A DNA stretch of 64,000 nucleotides from a virus: positions 31,645 to 95,644 of IMG/VR virus record IMGVR_UViG_3300032235_000911. One strand, given 5' to 3'. Positions 10,301 to 21,000 of the stretch are shown here, one piece after another; position 1 is the stretch's first letter, and each line of letters begins with the position of its first letter. The notes beneath the pieces were generated by a model. The model was not told the origin of the DNA. It saw nothing but the letters and a program-made list of their open reading frames with translations, and did no database searches. The position numbers and the translations under genes were made by a program.

Positions 10301-13300
10301 TTTGCATCAAGTGCATAAATTGAAGTAAAGTATCTTAATTTTATCTTGGTTTCTAGTGGTATAAAGTATTGCGCTATGCTTCTATGTGGATTTTGTGGAT
10401 TGTCTATGTCGTAAATATATGTTTTTGTTCCAATATGAGTTCCTTTTGATGGTACATCACTAGGTATCGTACTTGTGCTTACAATACTACTGCGCAAAAT
10501 ATATTCTTCCGGCGCAGAAATATTATTTGGATAATTTAAACAGTTTATCGCCCCAGCTGGCATAGTAGGAACTCTATCTAGTCTTTTCCTCTTCTCCAGG
10601 TCAGAGTTCCAGAAACTACGTATTAGCCCTGAGTTTCTATTATAGCTGTTGTCGCCCCAGACATATAAAAAGGCCATCCCAAAAGGTATTGTTATTAAAT
10701 CAATCCCCTGCTCATAATTTGATTTATTTCTTATATCATATAAGCCATGATATTCTTTGCGCGGATAAACAGTATCAAGCCGCGTAGAACTATTAACAAG
10801 AAGAGAAGAAGTTAATACATTTTCAATTTTTTTAATAAATGTATCATTTACATCTATTTTATTTGCACCAAAAAGCTTACTTTCAAGATCGTCATTTGCA
10901 AATCTTTTAAATTTTGAAGAATATGAAGACAGAACACTTAGATCCTCCAATGCATTTGCAACGCGAATATTATGCTCAGCTGGCGGGATCCATTCAACTG
11001 GCGGTTCCCGGTAGGATTGATTGCTTGAATATATATTGTTTCCCGAGCGTTGCTTGACAATATTTAAGCTTGGTATAATATTATAGTTATTATATCCATA
11101 TGCAGAAAAGTTGTTGTTTGAGTATGGAATTGCGCGCTGTATGAAATTATTATCTGCCTGTTCTATTCCTTGTGTTTCGCTTATTGTTTGTGTGCCAAGC
11201 GGCTCTGACTCTGCTATGTTTAAATCTTTTCGCATATCAAGCGATTTATTTAAAAGCGAACTATAAATAGAATATTCTTCTGTGTCAGAGAGGTCAGTTA
11301 AGCCGTCAGCGGAAGAGAATTTATTACGAAATACTGTTTTATTTTCTTTATCCCCACGATTATTTAAGGTTTTACCAGCTGTATTTAATACTTCGTAATT
11401 CTTCTGAAAGTTTTTGTTTAGGATATTTTTAATTGTTGTGTTTGTTTTTCTACCGTCCTCTTCGTGTTCGCCTATGCGAGCTTCCCCGAGAGCATCAATA
11501 CCTGCGCTGGCTGAGATAAGTGAATCCGTTACGGCAGTAGAGACTAGATTGACATCAAAATTCTTCTTTGTGTCAATCATAAGCGGAAGCGCATATTGAT
11601 ACTTGTTGCGCTCAAGCATATGGTTTTCAATACTGATTTTAAGACCGGAGTGCGTATTTGCATTCTCTGGTTTTATTTGATCAATAAGATATCCAAGCGA
11701 TGAATCGAGCCACTTATAAAACTCTAAATATCGTTCAATATCTGGTGTATTTACGACCTTTGAGAAGAAGTAGTTTTTTATTTTTTTAAGATTTACATAT
11801 TCATTTGCATATGCATTTGAATGTTCGGAAAATGCAAAAATATAATCTCCAATATTTGAAAACATATTAATCATTTCTTCTGAAATGATCTGATACATAC
11901 TGTTTTCTATAAACAGTGCTACTTTTTCTGGTTTTTTATTTAACGAGCGGGCAAAGTGATCATCTTCGTCAAGAGTTTGAATTGTTTCAAGCGATTCAAT
12001 CGTATCAAAGTTTAACTTTTTGTATGTTTTTACGTATTCCTTTTTGACAAAAGATAAATCGCCTTCCGTGAAACCATAGCCGATGCCGCTATTGTTATTA
12101 AAAATGTCGTACACTATTATCTGGCCATAACCATCTGGTGCGGTATTTTTTTCAAAATCCCAATAAAAAACACCCTTATCTGGTATTGTTTGTGGGTCTG
12201 GTATACCGTAGTTTGTTATATCTTTTGCGTGTTCAAGTAGTGTTTCATCAGCGAGAACGAAGTTCCACAGTGCAACATCTGTTGCTCTAATATCCGTCGA
12301 AACAGCGTTTGAGGATCCGATGGTTACATCCGTAATGTCATCTGTGAGGTTTAGAAATGCGTTAAAAGATTCGTAGTACTCACCAGTTGTATATTTTGTT
12401 GCAGTTAGATAATATTTTGTATCATCACTACGCAATGATATATTCCATGGTAATTGGTTATCTAATACCTTGAAACTATCTGTTTCGATAGATTCGGAAG
12501 ATGAAGATAGCTCAAAAGCCATTCCACCATCTGCTACGGATTTTAAAAATACACTAACAGCATTCGTAGAAAGCAGCGAAATCTTGGATTCTGTACTTAC
12601 TGGCAGGAATGCTTGCAACTCAAGAGTACCAGTTACTAGTCCAAGGCCGTTTATTGTTATATATTGATCATTTTTTAGAGAAACTGTTTTCTTGCGGATA
12701 ATTTTTTCTGCCGTTTTTGTTTCTACAGCGTTAAACACGCTTTTATCGGCATATAGATTTATTTTTACAAGATTTTCATCTACGCCATAGCTGTGAAGCA
12801 AGCTCTTGATAGACTTTTCAGTACCTTTACTTTTTAATATATATGCAAGATTGTTATATATATTTTGGTATATTTTGTTTTTAACTTTATAGATCTTGTC
12901 TTCAAAGATATATGTATCATTTCTGGAAGAGAGGTTCTCTATTCCATCTACTCCGCTGAAAAGATCAGTTACATCAAATCCTGTACTTGATATGATTTTA
13001 TCATAAAATGGATAGATACTATCAAGATCTGCTGTGTGTTTCTGATGTTTTAAGCTTGATATTTCTTTTATTTTATTATAAAGATCGTCAAAATACACTG
13101 ACATTAACTGAACTAGTTTTTTAAAGTTTTGTGTTCCAAGATCACCTTCTTCATCATATATCCACGATGGGAATTTTTTCCATAATGCATGTTTATTATT
13201 TTCATCATACTCGGTAGCTGCCTCTATTTTTTGCTCAAAATAAGTTTGTAAAGCAGGCGAAAATAAATTAAAATTTAAGTTTTTATCTAACCAAATAGTA

Positions 13301-13494
13301 TCAGACTTTTCTTTTGTTTTAACAAGCCCGCTTTCATCGATTGCGGAAGTGTCTAAACGAGAATCTGCACTATAATAGTTAAATACACCATCAAGACCAC
13401 GCCCAGAGTAATCAACTACGTATTGAGAATTGCTTGTTGTCCAGCCTTCGTTATATTTAAAATAAAATAATAAACTAGTTTTTTCACTTGACAT
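7396..13494 (-). CDS. large baseplate wedge/tail protein with LamG-like domains
   Basis: 2032 aa; YILKSKGTEKSIKSLL wedge (gp7/P2 gpI-like) motif; LamG-type FYFKYNEG..DYSG and FYWDFEK strands. Confidence 0.6.
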   Translation of the reverse strand: MSSEKTSLLFYFKYNEGWTTSNSQYVVDYSGRGLDGVFNYYSADSRLDTSAIDESGLVKTKEKSDTIWLDKNLNFNLFSPALQTYFEQKIEAATEYDENNKHALWKKFPSWIYDEEGDLGTQNFKKLVQLMSVYFDDLYNKIKEISSLKHQKHTADLDSIYPFYDKIISSTGFDVTDLFSGVDGIENLSSRNDTYIFEDKIYKVKNKIYQNIYNNLAYILKSKGTEKSIKSLLHSYGVDENLVKINLYADKSVFNAVETKTAEKIIRKKTVSLKNDQYITINGLGLVTGTLELQAFLPVSTESKISLLSTNAVSVFLKSVADGGMAFELSSSSESIETDSFKVLDNQLPWNISLRSDDTKYYLTATKYTTGEYYESFNAFLNLTDDITDVTIGSSNAVSTDIRATDVALWNFVLADETLLEHAKDITNYGIPDPQTIPDKGVFYWDFEKNTAPDGYGQIIVYDIFNNNSGIGYGFTEGDLSFVKKEYVKTYKKLNFDTIESLETIQTLDEDDHFARSLNKKPEKVALFIENSMYQIISEEMINMFSNIGDYIFAFSEHSNAYANEYVNLKKIKNYFFSKVVNTPDIERYLEFYKWLDSSLGYLIDQIKPENANTHSGLKISIENHMLERNKYQYALPLMIDTKKNFDVNLVSTAVTDSLISASAGIDALGEARIGEHEEDGRKTNTTIKNILNKNFQKNYEVLNTAGKTLNNRGDKENKTVFRNKFSSADGLTDLSDTEEYSIYSSLLNKSLDMRKDLNIAESEPLGTQTISETQGIEQADNNFIQRAIPYSNNNFSAYGYNNYNIIPSLNIVKQRSGNNIYSSNQSYREPPVEWIPPAEHNIRVANALEDLSVLSSYSSKFKRFANDDLESKLFGANKIDVNDTFIKKIENVLTSSLLVNSSTRLDTVYPRKEYHGLYDIRNKSNYEQGIDLITIPFGMAFLYVWGDNSYNRNSGLIRSFWNSDLEKRKRLDRVPTMPAGAINCLNYPNNISAPEEYILRSSIVSTSTIPSDVPSKGTHIGTKTYIYDIDNPQNPHRSIAQYFIPLETKIKLRYFTSIYALDANNNTNIFKNSFDKLEIDFLDDSTYGDIGPFGHQELFPFTRGKINTKNPINNNLFVQRIQPKPQFIFNNFITITDLGEISGLSYASAPYMNPVTARILLNDSYQGAVDSRITASYNSYASFYENLKHISKNYSIIPEYVMSNILGDITGSSESLDLSLNLRGYNDNVQLSDSEIYKFKININKFIDKKTNEFVIRLSGIKKMLPYAGFYPAERTKQIARYFQEEYDFNNLKVTNGSSKHGAQTLIQPFFAPGILFNSIKSGLAVSYPVLASNTLLGSEEIYSSVLKRIYTDSSVNTPYPLNNPNCNSVDCTVEFKIDSSIAVKKITNILPFEAILDPKSSLKSLLGRNLYYLDPTRYISFFSNTISELEEIKPELLYPSIDIDSIENGQNTLYRYAINNFISEVPNFFLKNNELTYFESLGEKNFKLSENGKKYVMNLRISKSQNFSMFNSASNDVPVTSLFGPPCQAYYSGKDHTGTVSDEIYLPYAPPYLRDGGKDTYIKFEYTGNGEKFTADQINRISINRIQWGSDHSTENPLNITYYHAMNLDSCCRLLDLVESPLVTTDAITGQEISQTTTSTPNRKWVIQTKFESPLINYINEKKEPSIAKEIVLDGAVLAEYVNEYNNVLPNNFYASNAIPITLQVTSSQINGIWNRLGAVPSDNNSVQLTLEDTDGVNAEETGSLMDLVGFKKESKSIGTIADKKIISEGMLLLPYSTSVNAENNSLFKKVQSGYLKDKYLIKIDPETIKTILGFDYRTKTIKEIEYIFFRNKNLNYNNSIVKLIKNMLEYNIPPYLNWLDNSNNLEPFVFYVAEFTHELDKDDLAKIWQGTLPKIGFTPEEQTLEIRHKFSPLEVLSEEVRQYLTNDSLDGIVFKVKRKANREYNSIIKKNEDTRYTDIPWNTFNWPYDHFSLVELLNIQAGEGYTSDTLSTEPTLVNTDIQFRVLSDEIEQIKNREIKIPDVFKGNKS

Positions 13495-14468
13495 TATATT
13501 ATACCTTGGTTTGTGTCATTTCCGTCTACTTGTGTAAACCAAAATCTTCCTATTTTTTCTATACTTCTAAAGCCATTCCATAATCGTGTTTCGTCTAAAT
13601 AAATTAAATTATTACCACCAAGGGTAAAAATAGGAGTATTCCCGAAGCTAGATGGTAGTTCTATGTTTTTATTTAATTTTAAAATACTCAATCCGAATGG
13701 AAAAATAACAGATTTCTTTTTATATAAATTAATCTCTAAATTGCTTAGCTGAACTTTTAATTCGCCATCTATAAAGAAATTTATTTTGTCTGTTGATATA
13801 TTAAATGCATAGTGGTGCCATTTGTCTAGTTCTATTGGGCAGTCAAGCTCGTAATCATTTGGAGTTGCATCAAGTACGTGCATCTTATTGTTTTCAAAAT
13901 ATATCTTCAATAAATCAATTACAAATGGATCATTATTATTGTCTTCTGTTATTGCTTTTATTGTTAAAATATCCGTTAGGTTTAGGTCATCTGCTTTTGC
14001 CCAAGTCTCAAACGTGATACCTTCTTCGAAATCTATAAAAGTATTATAGAGATTCATATCTCCGAGAAGATATGATTTTTTTGCTTCAGCGTTAAGATCT
14101 TTGATGGTTGAATAAACTTGAATATTTTGATCGGCTGCAATCTTTACCGATCCCACCGATCGCGGTATCTCATTTTGGAATAAATAAAACTCAAAATCAG
14201 TTAAAGAATTAATCCATTTTAACTTATCGGTTGAACTTCCATCATATGGAAAATATTGTACAATTTTTTGCACAGCGTCAGCATAATATTGAACTGCACT
14301 ACCAAATTTTGCAAAAGACGAAATCTTTGAGAAATCTACGCCAGAAAGAAACTTTCTTTGTTGTTCTGCCAGTTGGGGTATTTCTGTATCGTTGTTTAGA
14401 AAACCTTTTTCGTTAGCAAGTTGGTCAGGTACAAGCGCGCCGCCATTAAAAATATCTCGCGTATTCAT
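13494..14468 (-). CDS. LamG/concanavalin-A-like domain virion protein
   Basis: TFETW, DKWHHYAF, FFIDGEL, LDETRLWN motifs. Confidence 0.7.
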   Translation of the reverse strand: MNTRDIFNGGALVPDQLANEKGFLNNDTEIPQLAEQQRKFLSGVDFSKISSFAKFGSAVQYYADAVQKIVQYFPYDGSSTDKLKWINSLTDFEFYLFQNEIPRSVGSVKIAADQNIQVYSTIKDLNAEAKKSYLLGDMNLYNTFIDFEEGITFETWAKADDLNLTDILTIKAITEDNNNDPFVIDLLKIYFENNKMHVLDATPNDYELDCPIELDKWHHYAFNISTDKINFFIDGELKVQLSNLEINLYKKKSVIFPFGLSILKLNKNIELPSSFGNTPIFTLGGNNLIYLDETRLWNGFRSIEKIGRFWFTQVDGNDTNQGII

Positions 14469-15877
14469 TATTCCATCCTAAATCTAAATACTTCTGGGTA
14501 TTCCGTCTTTTTTACGCCATCGATAATCATAAATTTAATTCCGTATGAATATCCGGTCTCAAGCATTGACATATCTAGCATGAAATAATTGCCACTTGCG
14601 TCATAAGAGCATAGTGTCGACGGTTGTGGATAAACTCCATAATCTATTATAGTATAATTATCATTTATTCTAAAGAGTTTATAATAGAGATTTTTGTGTA
14701 TTGTGCCCTCTATCTCTTTACTTGCAACCGTATATATATTTGGTGACCAATTTTTTTCTCTGCTGTAGATTTTAAATTTAATAAGTTCGTCTTGGGTATA
14801 TGAACTTTTTAGGTTTGTTATATTAAGCACGTAAGTTGGGCTATCGATCTCGTCAAAAGTTCTAACTTTTGCGTCTATTTCGCCCTTATAAAACACAGTG
14901 GAACCGCTGACCCAGTAATCATTTATAGTTGAATCTTGCGATCCTGTTAGAATTACAGAGCAACGATATACCCCTGTTGATATTTTTTGTGAAACTGCTG
15001 ATCCTATATTTGTGTTTGTTTCATTTTTAAAAACAACGTTTGGTACAACACCAGAAGGCAAATCTTTCAGTGTGCCATTTATTTTATTATAAAAATATAA
15101 ATCTTGTGTATTATCTTCAGTTTCTGCGTTTGGAGAATAGAAGTAAAAATCTGGTCTATCGTCCGTAAATTCCGTACCCCAGCGGGCTTCTATACATGGA
15201 CGCTTAAAGAAATATTCTGAGCTTCTTGACGAAAACCTTTTTGTATAAAAGCTTTTATTATATTCCGGCTGCTCAAACGCACCAGACAATGCTATAATAA
15301 AGCCATAATTAGGAATAGTGGATGCTAGTTGCTCCTCTACGCTGTCGGTTACATCAACTTCTAAATCCTCTAGACCTGTTTCAAAATAAAAACTTTTTGC
15401 TTTATCTGGGTAATAATCGCCGCCCGCGGTTGACCAGCCACGCGATGAACTAGCATAAGTCCAGTTTGCGCCTTCTCCGTTTGTACCATTGTATCCAAGG
15501 TCCGCATAGCCTTCGAGGTCGAATCCATAGCCTTCCTGCCAATCAGAGCCAGAAATTGGAGCAACGATAACAGAAAATTTCTCAGGAACCTCAAACGCAT
15601 GTTTAATATTACTTAACTTTAAATAAAATGATACACTGCCTGAGTTTGGTAGCTTGCCTTCTTCTCGTAAATTATTTATTTTTTCTAATGGAAACTTTAT
15701 AAGTAAACGACTTAATTGTGGTTCTTCGGCCCCTTCTTGTGTTTTGTAATATACAGAAAAAACTTCTAACGCATCAGAGTTGCCTGTGTTTGAGTATATC
15801 GCTCTTGTTAGCGAATCTGCGCGAAATGCGTTTACTATTGTTGTGTCTGCCGACGCAGACAGTCTGAGTATTGACAT
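14468..15877 (-). CDS. virion structural protein, DNRLRE/CBM96-like domain
   Basis: ADTTI..SRLLIKF..WSTAGGD..VDVTD..NYGFII..FSSR..RP pattern. Confidence 0.55.
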   Translation of the reverse strand: MSILRLSASADTTIVNAFRADSLTRAIYSNTGNSDALEVFSVYYKTQEGAEEPQLSRLLIKFPLEKINNLREEGKLPNSGSVSFYLKLSNIKHAFEVPEKFSVIVAPISGSDWQEGYGFDLEGYADLGYNGTNGEGANWTYASSSRGWSTAGGDYYPDKAKSFYFETGLEDLEVDVTDSVEEQLASTIPNYGFIIALSGAFEQPEYNKSFYTKRFSSRSSEYFFKRPCIEARWGTEFTDDRPDFYFYSPNAETEDNTQDLYFYNKINGTLKDLPSGVVPNVVFKNETNTNIGSAVSQKISTGVYRCSVILTGSQDSTINDYWVSGSTVFYKGEIDAKVRTFDEIDSPTYVLNITNLKSSYTQDELIKFKIYSREKNWSPNIYTVASKEIEGTIHKNLYYKLFRINDNYTIIDYGVYPQPSTLCSYDASGNYFMLDMSMLETGYSYGIKFMIIDGVKKTEYPEVFRFRME

Positions 15878-17694
15878 TATATCGTTTTTCCTATTATATC
15901 TTGACCTATTCTAGCATTTTTTATTTCCCATATAGCATTTTTTGGCATTATTATGTAATTTCCGTCTGCGCTCCTGTTTCTTTCAATATCTAGAGATACA
16001 GAAGAATAGCCAAGAGAAGTTAGATTATTTACTTTTATTCTATCTTTTATATCAAGTACCCCATTTATTTTTCTAATCTCTCTATAGACATCCAAGATGT
16101 TAAATGGTTCTCCTATTTGTGCAGGAATTCGATATCTAAACTCAAGTTGTCTTGACACGGCATCTAGAACATTTGCTTTATCAAAATTTGGATCAACCAT
16201 TATAGTAAAACTTAAACCAAGGTTAACAACCTTGGCATCTAAAATATCAACGGTGTCTGTCAACATTTTATAGCCGGATAGCCAAAATTTTAAATTTTCC
16301 TTTATACGCGTATTTGATTGTATCATATGACCGGCGGTATCTTTGCAGGCAATATATAAATTTATATTATTCTTTGGGCTATTTGCATCTCTAACGGCTT
16401 TTGCTCTACCTATTGTCCCATATTTTGATGGTAGCATATATGCTAATGTTTCATAGTCTTTTGCTGTAACAGCACGATTTTGAGTTTGAAATATAGAACC
16501 TGCCAGATCTTTTATTTCTTCTATGTCTATATCAAGACTATCTCCAATAATAGGTTCCTCGTTTATAATCTGTATGCTGTTTATTATTGTATTTATTGTA
16601 TCGTTTGTAACGCTAGTGTTATTAAAAACATAATTTAAGCTTTTAACAACAACAACTTCACCTACTTCTGCATTGTTATTATAGCTTTTATTTTTTCTAT
16701 ATGTTATAGTTAGCTTTGTATTGTCTGGCCCTATACCGAATCTGTCTCCGTTTATGAGCCGATTTGGCTCAAAGACCTCTTCTGTTGTATAGTCCGTATT
16801 GTATCTTTCAAGAACGAATTTGCTTGGTTCTGTTACGACATCAACCGTTAAGTCATCATCTTGTTTGTATTGTTTTCCACCAAACATAATATATGGCAAT
16901 GTACCATCGAAGCCAAAAACAAATCTTCTCTGTGCGCTTACTGTTCTCAATAGAGATTTAAGTTCTGATGTTGGCTCCGTTAGCGGTATTGATTGATATA
17001 CAACGTTTTGTGAGAGGTTTGGGACTTCATAATATTCATTCCCGTCACTATCCAGAACAGAAGCTATCTCGACAATTGATAGATCTGGTAAATAAACTTT
17101 ATTAAACGGAATGAAGCTGCCTATTTGTTTTTCAAACGTAGAGATCTCACCGGAAATAACCGGGACGCTTAATTTTACTGCATAATACGTAGGGTTTTTT
17201 ACTTCATTTGTTCGTGCGATAACATATTGTTTACCGGTTTGATTTTCATCAATGATGATATCTTCTGTTGTCAAAAAAGTCTTTGTACCGTCCGCAGAAC
17301 TAAAGCTGGTGCCTCGCTTTATCACTGGTGCTTGGCTAAAATCTGGCTTTCCATCGCTACCGGCAGGCATTAGCATATAAATTGAAACGATCCCAGTTGT
17401 AGATGTTGTATTTGATCTCTTATATCCCAATTCAGTCGCAAGAGCTAATATGTTTTTTCTCTCCATAGCAGTTGCTAAAAAAGATTCATTGGACTGGTAA
17501 TCGATAAAATATGACAGTGAGTCGCCAACGTAGGCCATCGAATCGATTATAAAAGACGTTATACTGGCCTCTGACGCATCGGATAGCGTGTCTGGATAGA
17601 ATCTTGCTGCGTAATCTTTTAATTCTTTTTTAATAGTACTAAAATCTTTCGCAAGGTAGTTTATTTTAAAGTTTTTATTCATTTTAGCTTCCAA
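15877..17694 (-). CDS. baseplate wedge protein, T4 gp6/baseplate J-like
   Basis: INYLAKDFSTIKKEL, NESFLATA, LGYK, TQNRAVTAKDYE motifs. Confidence 0.85.
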   Translation of the reverse strand: MEAKMNKNFKINYLAKDFSTIKKELKDYAARFYPDTLSDASEASITSFIIDSMAYVGDSLSYFIDYQSNESFLATAMERKNILALATELGYKRSNTTSTTGIVSIYMLMPAGSDGKPDFSQAPVIKRGTSFSSADGTKTFLTTEDIIIDENQTGKQYVIARTNEVKNPTYYAVKLSVPVISGEISTFEKQIGSFIPFNKVYLPDLSIVEIASVLDSDGNEYYEVPNLSQNVVYQSIPLTEPTSELKSLLRTVSAQRRFVFGFDGTLPYIMFGGKQYKQDDDLTVDVVTEPSKFVLERYNTDYTTEEVFEPNRLINGDRFGIGPDNTKLTITYRKNKSYNNNAEVGEVVVVKSLNYVFNNTSVTNDTINTIINSIQIINEEPIIGDSLDIDIEEIKDLAGSIFQTQNRAVTAKDYETLAYMLPSKYGTIGRAKAVRDANSPKNNINLYIACKDTAGHMIQSNTRIKENLKFWLSGYKMLTDTVDILDAKVVNLGLSFTIMVDPNFDKANVLDAVSRQLEFRYRIPAQIGEPFNILDVYREIRKINGVLDIKDRIKVNNLTSLGYSSVSLDIERNRSADGNYIIMPKNAIWEIKNARIGQDIIGKTI

Positions 17695-18061
17695 GACTCA
17701 TATTAAATGTATCAGTATAATAATTTTTGTATCTAAAATCTATACTTATCGACAGGGAGTTTTGCTCAGGGATAATATTAACATTTGTTACTTCTACTTC
17801 TGGTATAAACATCGAGATTTGGTTTGCTATCGTTCTATAAATATCTATCTTATAGTTATTTCCTGTCATATTTTGATTTTCAAACAGTAATCTTCTTATT
17901 CCAACCCCAAAATTTGGATTCATAAGCTTTTCGCCTGGGTTTGTCAGTAACAACGTTTTTATTTTTTGCTTAATGTTATCTATAAAAACAGTTAAATAGA
18001 CAAATTTATTGTCTCCATCTAGTTGAAAGGGTATCTTTGGAGCGTATTTTTTCTCTGCCAT
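17684..18061 (-). CDS. baseplate wedge subunit, T4 gp25/GPW family
   Basis: IKTLLLTNPGEKLMNPNFGVGIRRLLFE motif; 125 aa; adjacent to the gp6-like gene. Confidence 0.9.
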   Translation of the reverse strand: MAEKKYAPKIPFQLDGDNKFVYLTVFIDNIKQKIKTLLLTNPGEKLMNPNFGVGIRRLLFENQNMTGNNYKIDIYRTIANQISMFIPEVEVTNVNIIPEQNSLSISIDFRYKNYYTDTFNMSLGS

Positions 18062-18088
18062 GTCAATAATAAATAGCGCCTATGATAA

Positions 18089-21000
18089 TTATTTACTTTC
18101 TTCTGGCTCAAACTTATCTATATCTTTTACTGCCTCTTTTTGAAGATCTGGTGTGCAAACTGGTGAAGTCTGTGCCTTGGCTTCTGCTTCTTGAGCAGGT
18201 AAACAAGGATCACCGCCAGGCTCTAGAGCCTTCAGTTTTCTTATTTCTTCCAGTGAATCTGCGTAATATTTGTATTCCTGTATAGAATCTAACGCTAGAT
18301 AAGTCCAGCCAACAGGTGTAGGTGTCAAAGCACCAAATGAACCACCAGTTATTCCAAGCGAAGTAACAAGGTCTGGCAAGACTGATTTGCCATCATCTAG
18401 GCGCTTATAGAATAATAGATCTGCGTATGTATTTGAGTTCTTTATTATGTCTTTTCTGTCTTGTGGATCTATAATTGACCATCCAAGTACGCCGCCTAGT
18501 GTTACAAGCTCGTTTATTTTTCTAGTTAATCCAATATTAATATCATTATTTTGCGCTTGGTTTAGCGTCATCATTCTTGCCGTATCTACCATTGCATTTA
18601 TAAAAAACTTTATGTACTTTGTATATTGAGGATTTAATCCGATCATAGCATAAGGCACAGGAGATAGTGCAACTTTGCTTAAAAATTGCTCAATTTGGTT
18701 CTGGTCTGGTGGTATTGTATTATATCCTACTTCGCTACTCCCGGTTGATGCGACTGTGTAGCGCCCTAGTATTTCTAGTAGACGAGATTTGGCACCGGAA
18801 TATATATGCTCTGTTTGAACATCGATATTAGTTGACATAAGAAAGTATATAAGAAGATGCGATCTTTCGTCCTCTATTATTTTTCTTGTCTCAGTTAGAG
18901 GATATGTGTAGGGAATTTCCTTACCGTCGCCATATCTAACATGAACCTTTAGGCTATCAGCTTGCGTATCGACTATAAATGATTGCTTACGTGTAGGGCG
19001 CGACTTTTTTGTCTTGGAACTAAAAATACGATTTAGTGTTTCTGCGACAAACTTCACACCAGTATACGTTGTTGTAAGATCTGCCGTAAAATCGATTGCC
19101 TTTTGTAAATCAGACTTTGTCTCTGCTTCGAATGCCTCTGGCTGTGCAATCATTTTATCCCAAAAGCTTGTATCCGTGAAACTAATTGTATCATTTGCTA
19201 ATGAGAAATCTACAAATCGTTTTATTTCTCTACGAATGTAATATTGTAGCGCCTCTTCGTTTTTGTTCGTCTTTGGGAATACAAGATCTTTAAATATTGC
19301 AGTTTGATATTCTACATAGATTTTTCCACCTACCTCCAGTAATTTATTAAAAAGAGGATTTGTGTTATCATTTTGATCAACATTTTCGTTTGAGCTATAT
19401 TTTCGTGTATCTAATTTTAAAAACTCAACAAATATATCAATAAAAATATTATTTTTATGTACTTCCTTTATCTCATCTCGCGTATAAGAAGCCCAGAATG
19501 GTATTGTTTTTACCATGTAATCTGTGACGAAAGATCTTACTATTAAATTAAATAAGATTCTTTCCATTGATTTTGTTGGATCTGCGCCTTTTTCACAAAT
19601 ATCTATTTTAAAATTATTTAATTCTCTAATCTTAAAATAATCATAGTTTAGGTAGTTTGGATTAATATTGCAATTTTTATATTTTGGATTTACCAGTAGA
19701 TGGTACTTCTTTAATCTTGAATATAGGCGCAGATACGAGTTGGTTGATATATCAACATTTTTTGTAACAGAATAGTCCGAGTCTTGCATTTTTTCTATTG
19801 CAGTTTCTTCTCCATCTATCCAATCGATAAATTTATCTATAAGGCCGTCTTCTGTCTTATAATAAATAAAATCTTTTGTTAAATCATAATCGGTTTTAAA
19901 ATATTCTGAGCCTGCAAAATTATTTAATACTATCTCTTGAAGTATTGCATATTCACTTGGCGGTAGTGTATTTGAAACTTTTTGTGTTTTTATATTAAAA
20001 AGTCTATTAACTGCAACAACATTATCTTTATTTGAAGTTGTTATGTTTAACGTTCTAGATATATCACTAGATATTTTTGTATCCAATGAAAATATACCTG
20101 ATTGTCTAAACTTTCTTACGTTTGAGACAATTTTTTCGTAATTTTTTATTTTGCTTATTAGCGGTTTAAACTTTTCAAGATAAATCTGCTGTAACAAATT
20201 TTTAGTATCAAGGTCTAGTTTCGCAAACTTGCTTTCCAGAACAGGTACAACCGTTGAAGAGTAAAGTAAATCATACGCGCTGGTTTGCGAATATATAGCA
20301 GCTCCTAATACCTCAGATTTTTTTTGGCTTATATCTTTTGCTAATTTAAAACCTTTTAAGATTACGAATCTGGCGTTTTCTTTATCCACGTATATAAATT
20401 TAACTTCTACTTCGTTACTGTTTATTATATTTGAGTTAATTGTTATTGCAATAAAATAATCTAGCGTTTTAAGGTGTGCGCCAAGTCTAGAGCCATTTGA
20501 CCATAGATCATGTAAACTACTACTACTCCCATTATCATCAAACGCTCGATTTGCCTCTATGCTCTCTAGCCAGATTCTTGTTTTATCTTTATTTTCGTCT
20601 AAAAATGCTTTAAATTCGCTATTATAGACAAACTCGCTTGCAGTACAAACAATATTAGCTTCCTGCAATTGATCATTTGCTCCCAAGAAAGAATTCGACA
20701 ACTCTTTTGAGGTTGTATCGTTTTGTGAATATGGATAATAAATAAGACGATGTTTGTCTATTTCGTTTCCTGGTCTTATAGTTACCGGATAGTCTACATT
20801 CAAGCCAAGATCTTCGTTGTACAATGTATATTCAACTGATCCTATCGTTTCTCCGGAGCTTTTTTGCCTTATAAGAGTTTTGTTTTTTGCAAATGATTCG
20901 ATTAAGTTATCAGACTCGTCGTTAAAGGTCGTTAAGATGTCACTAAAAGTTGCATCTAAAGAATTGGCGTAATTTTGAACAAGATAATCTGTTGCCTCGT

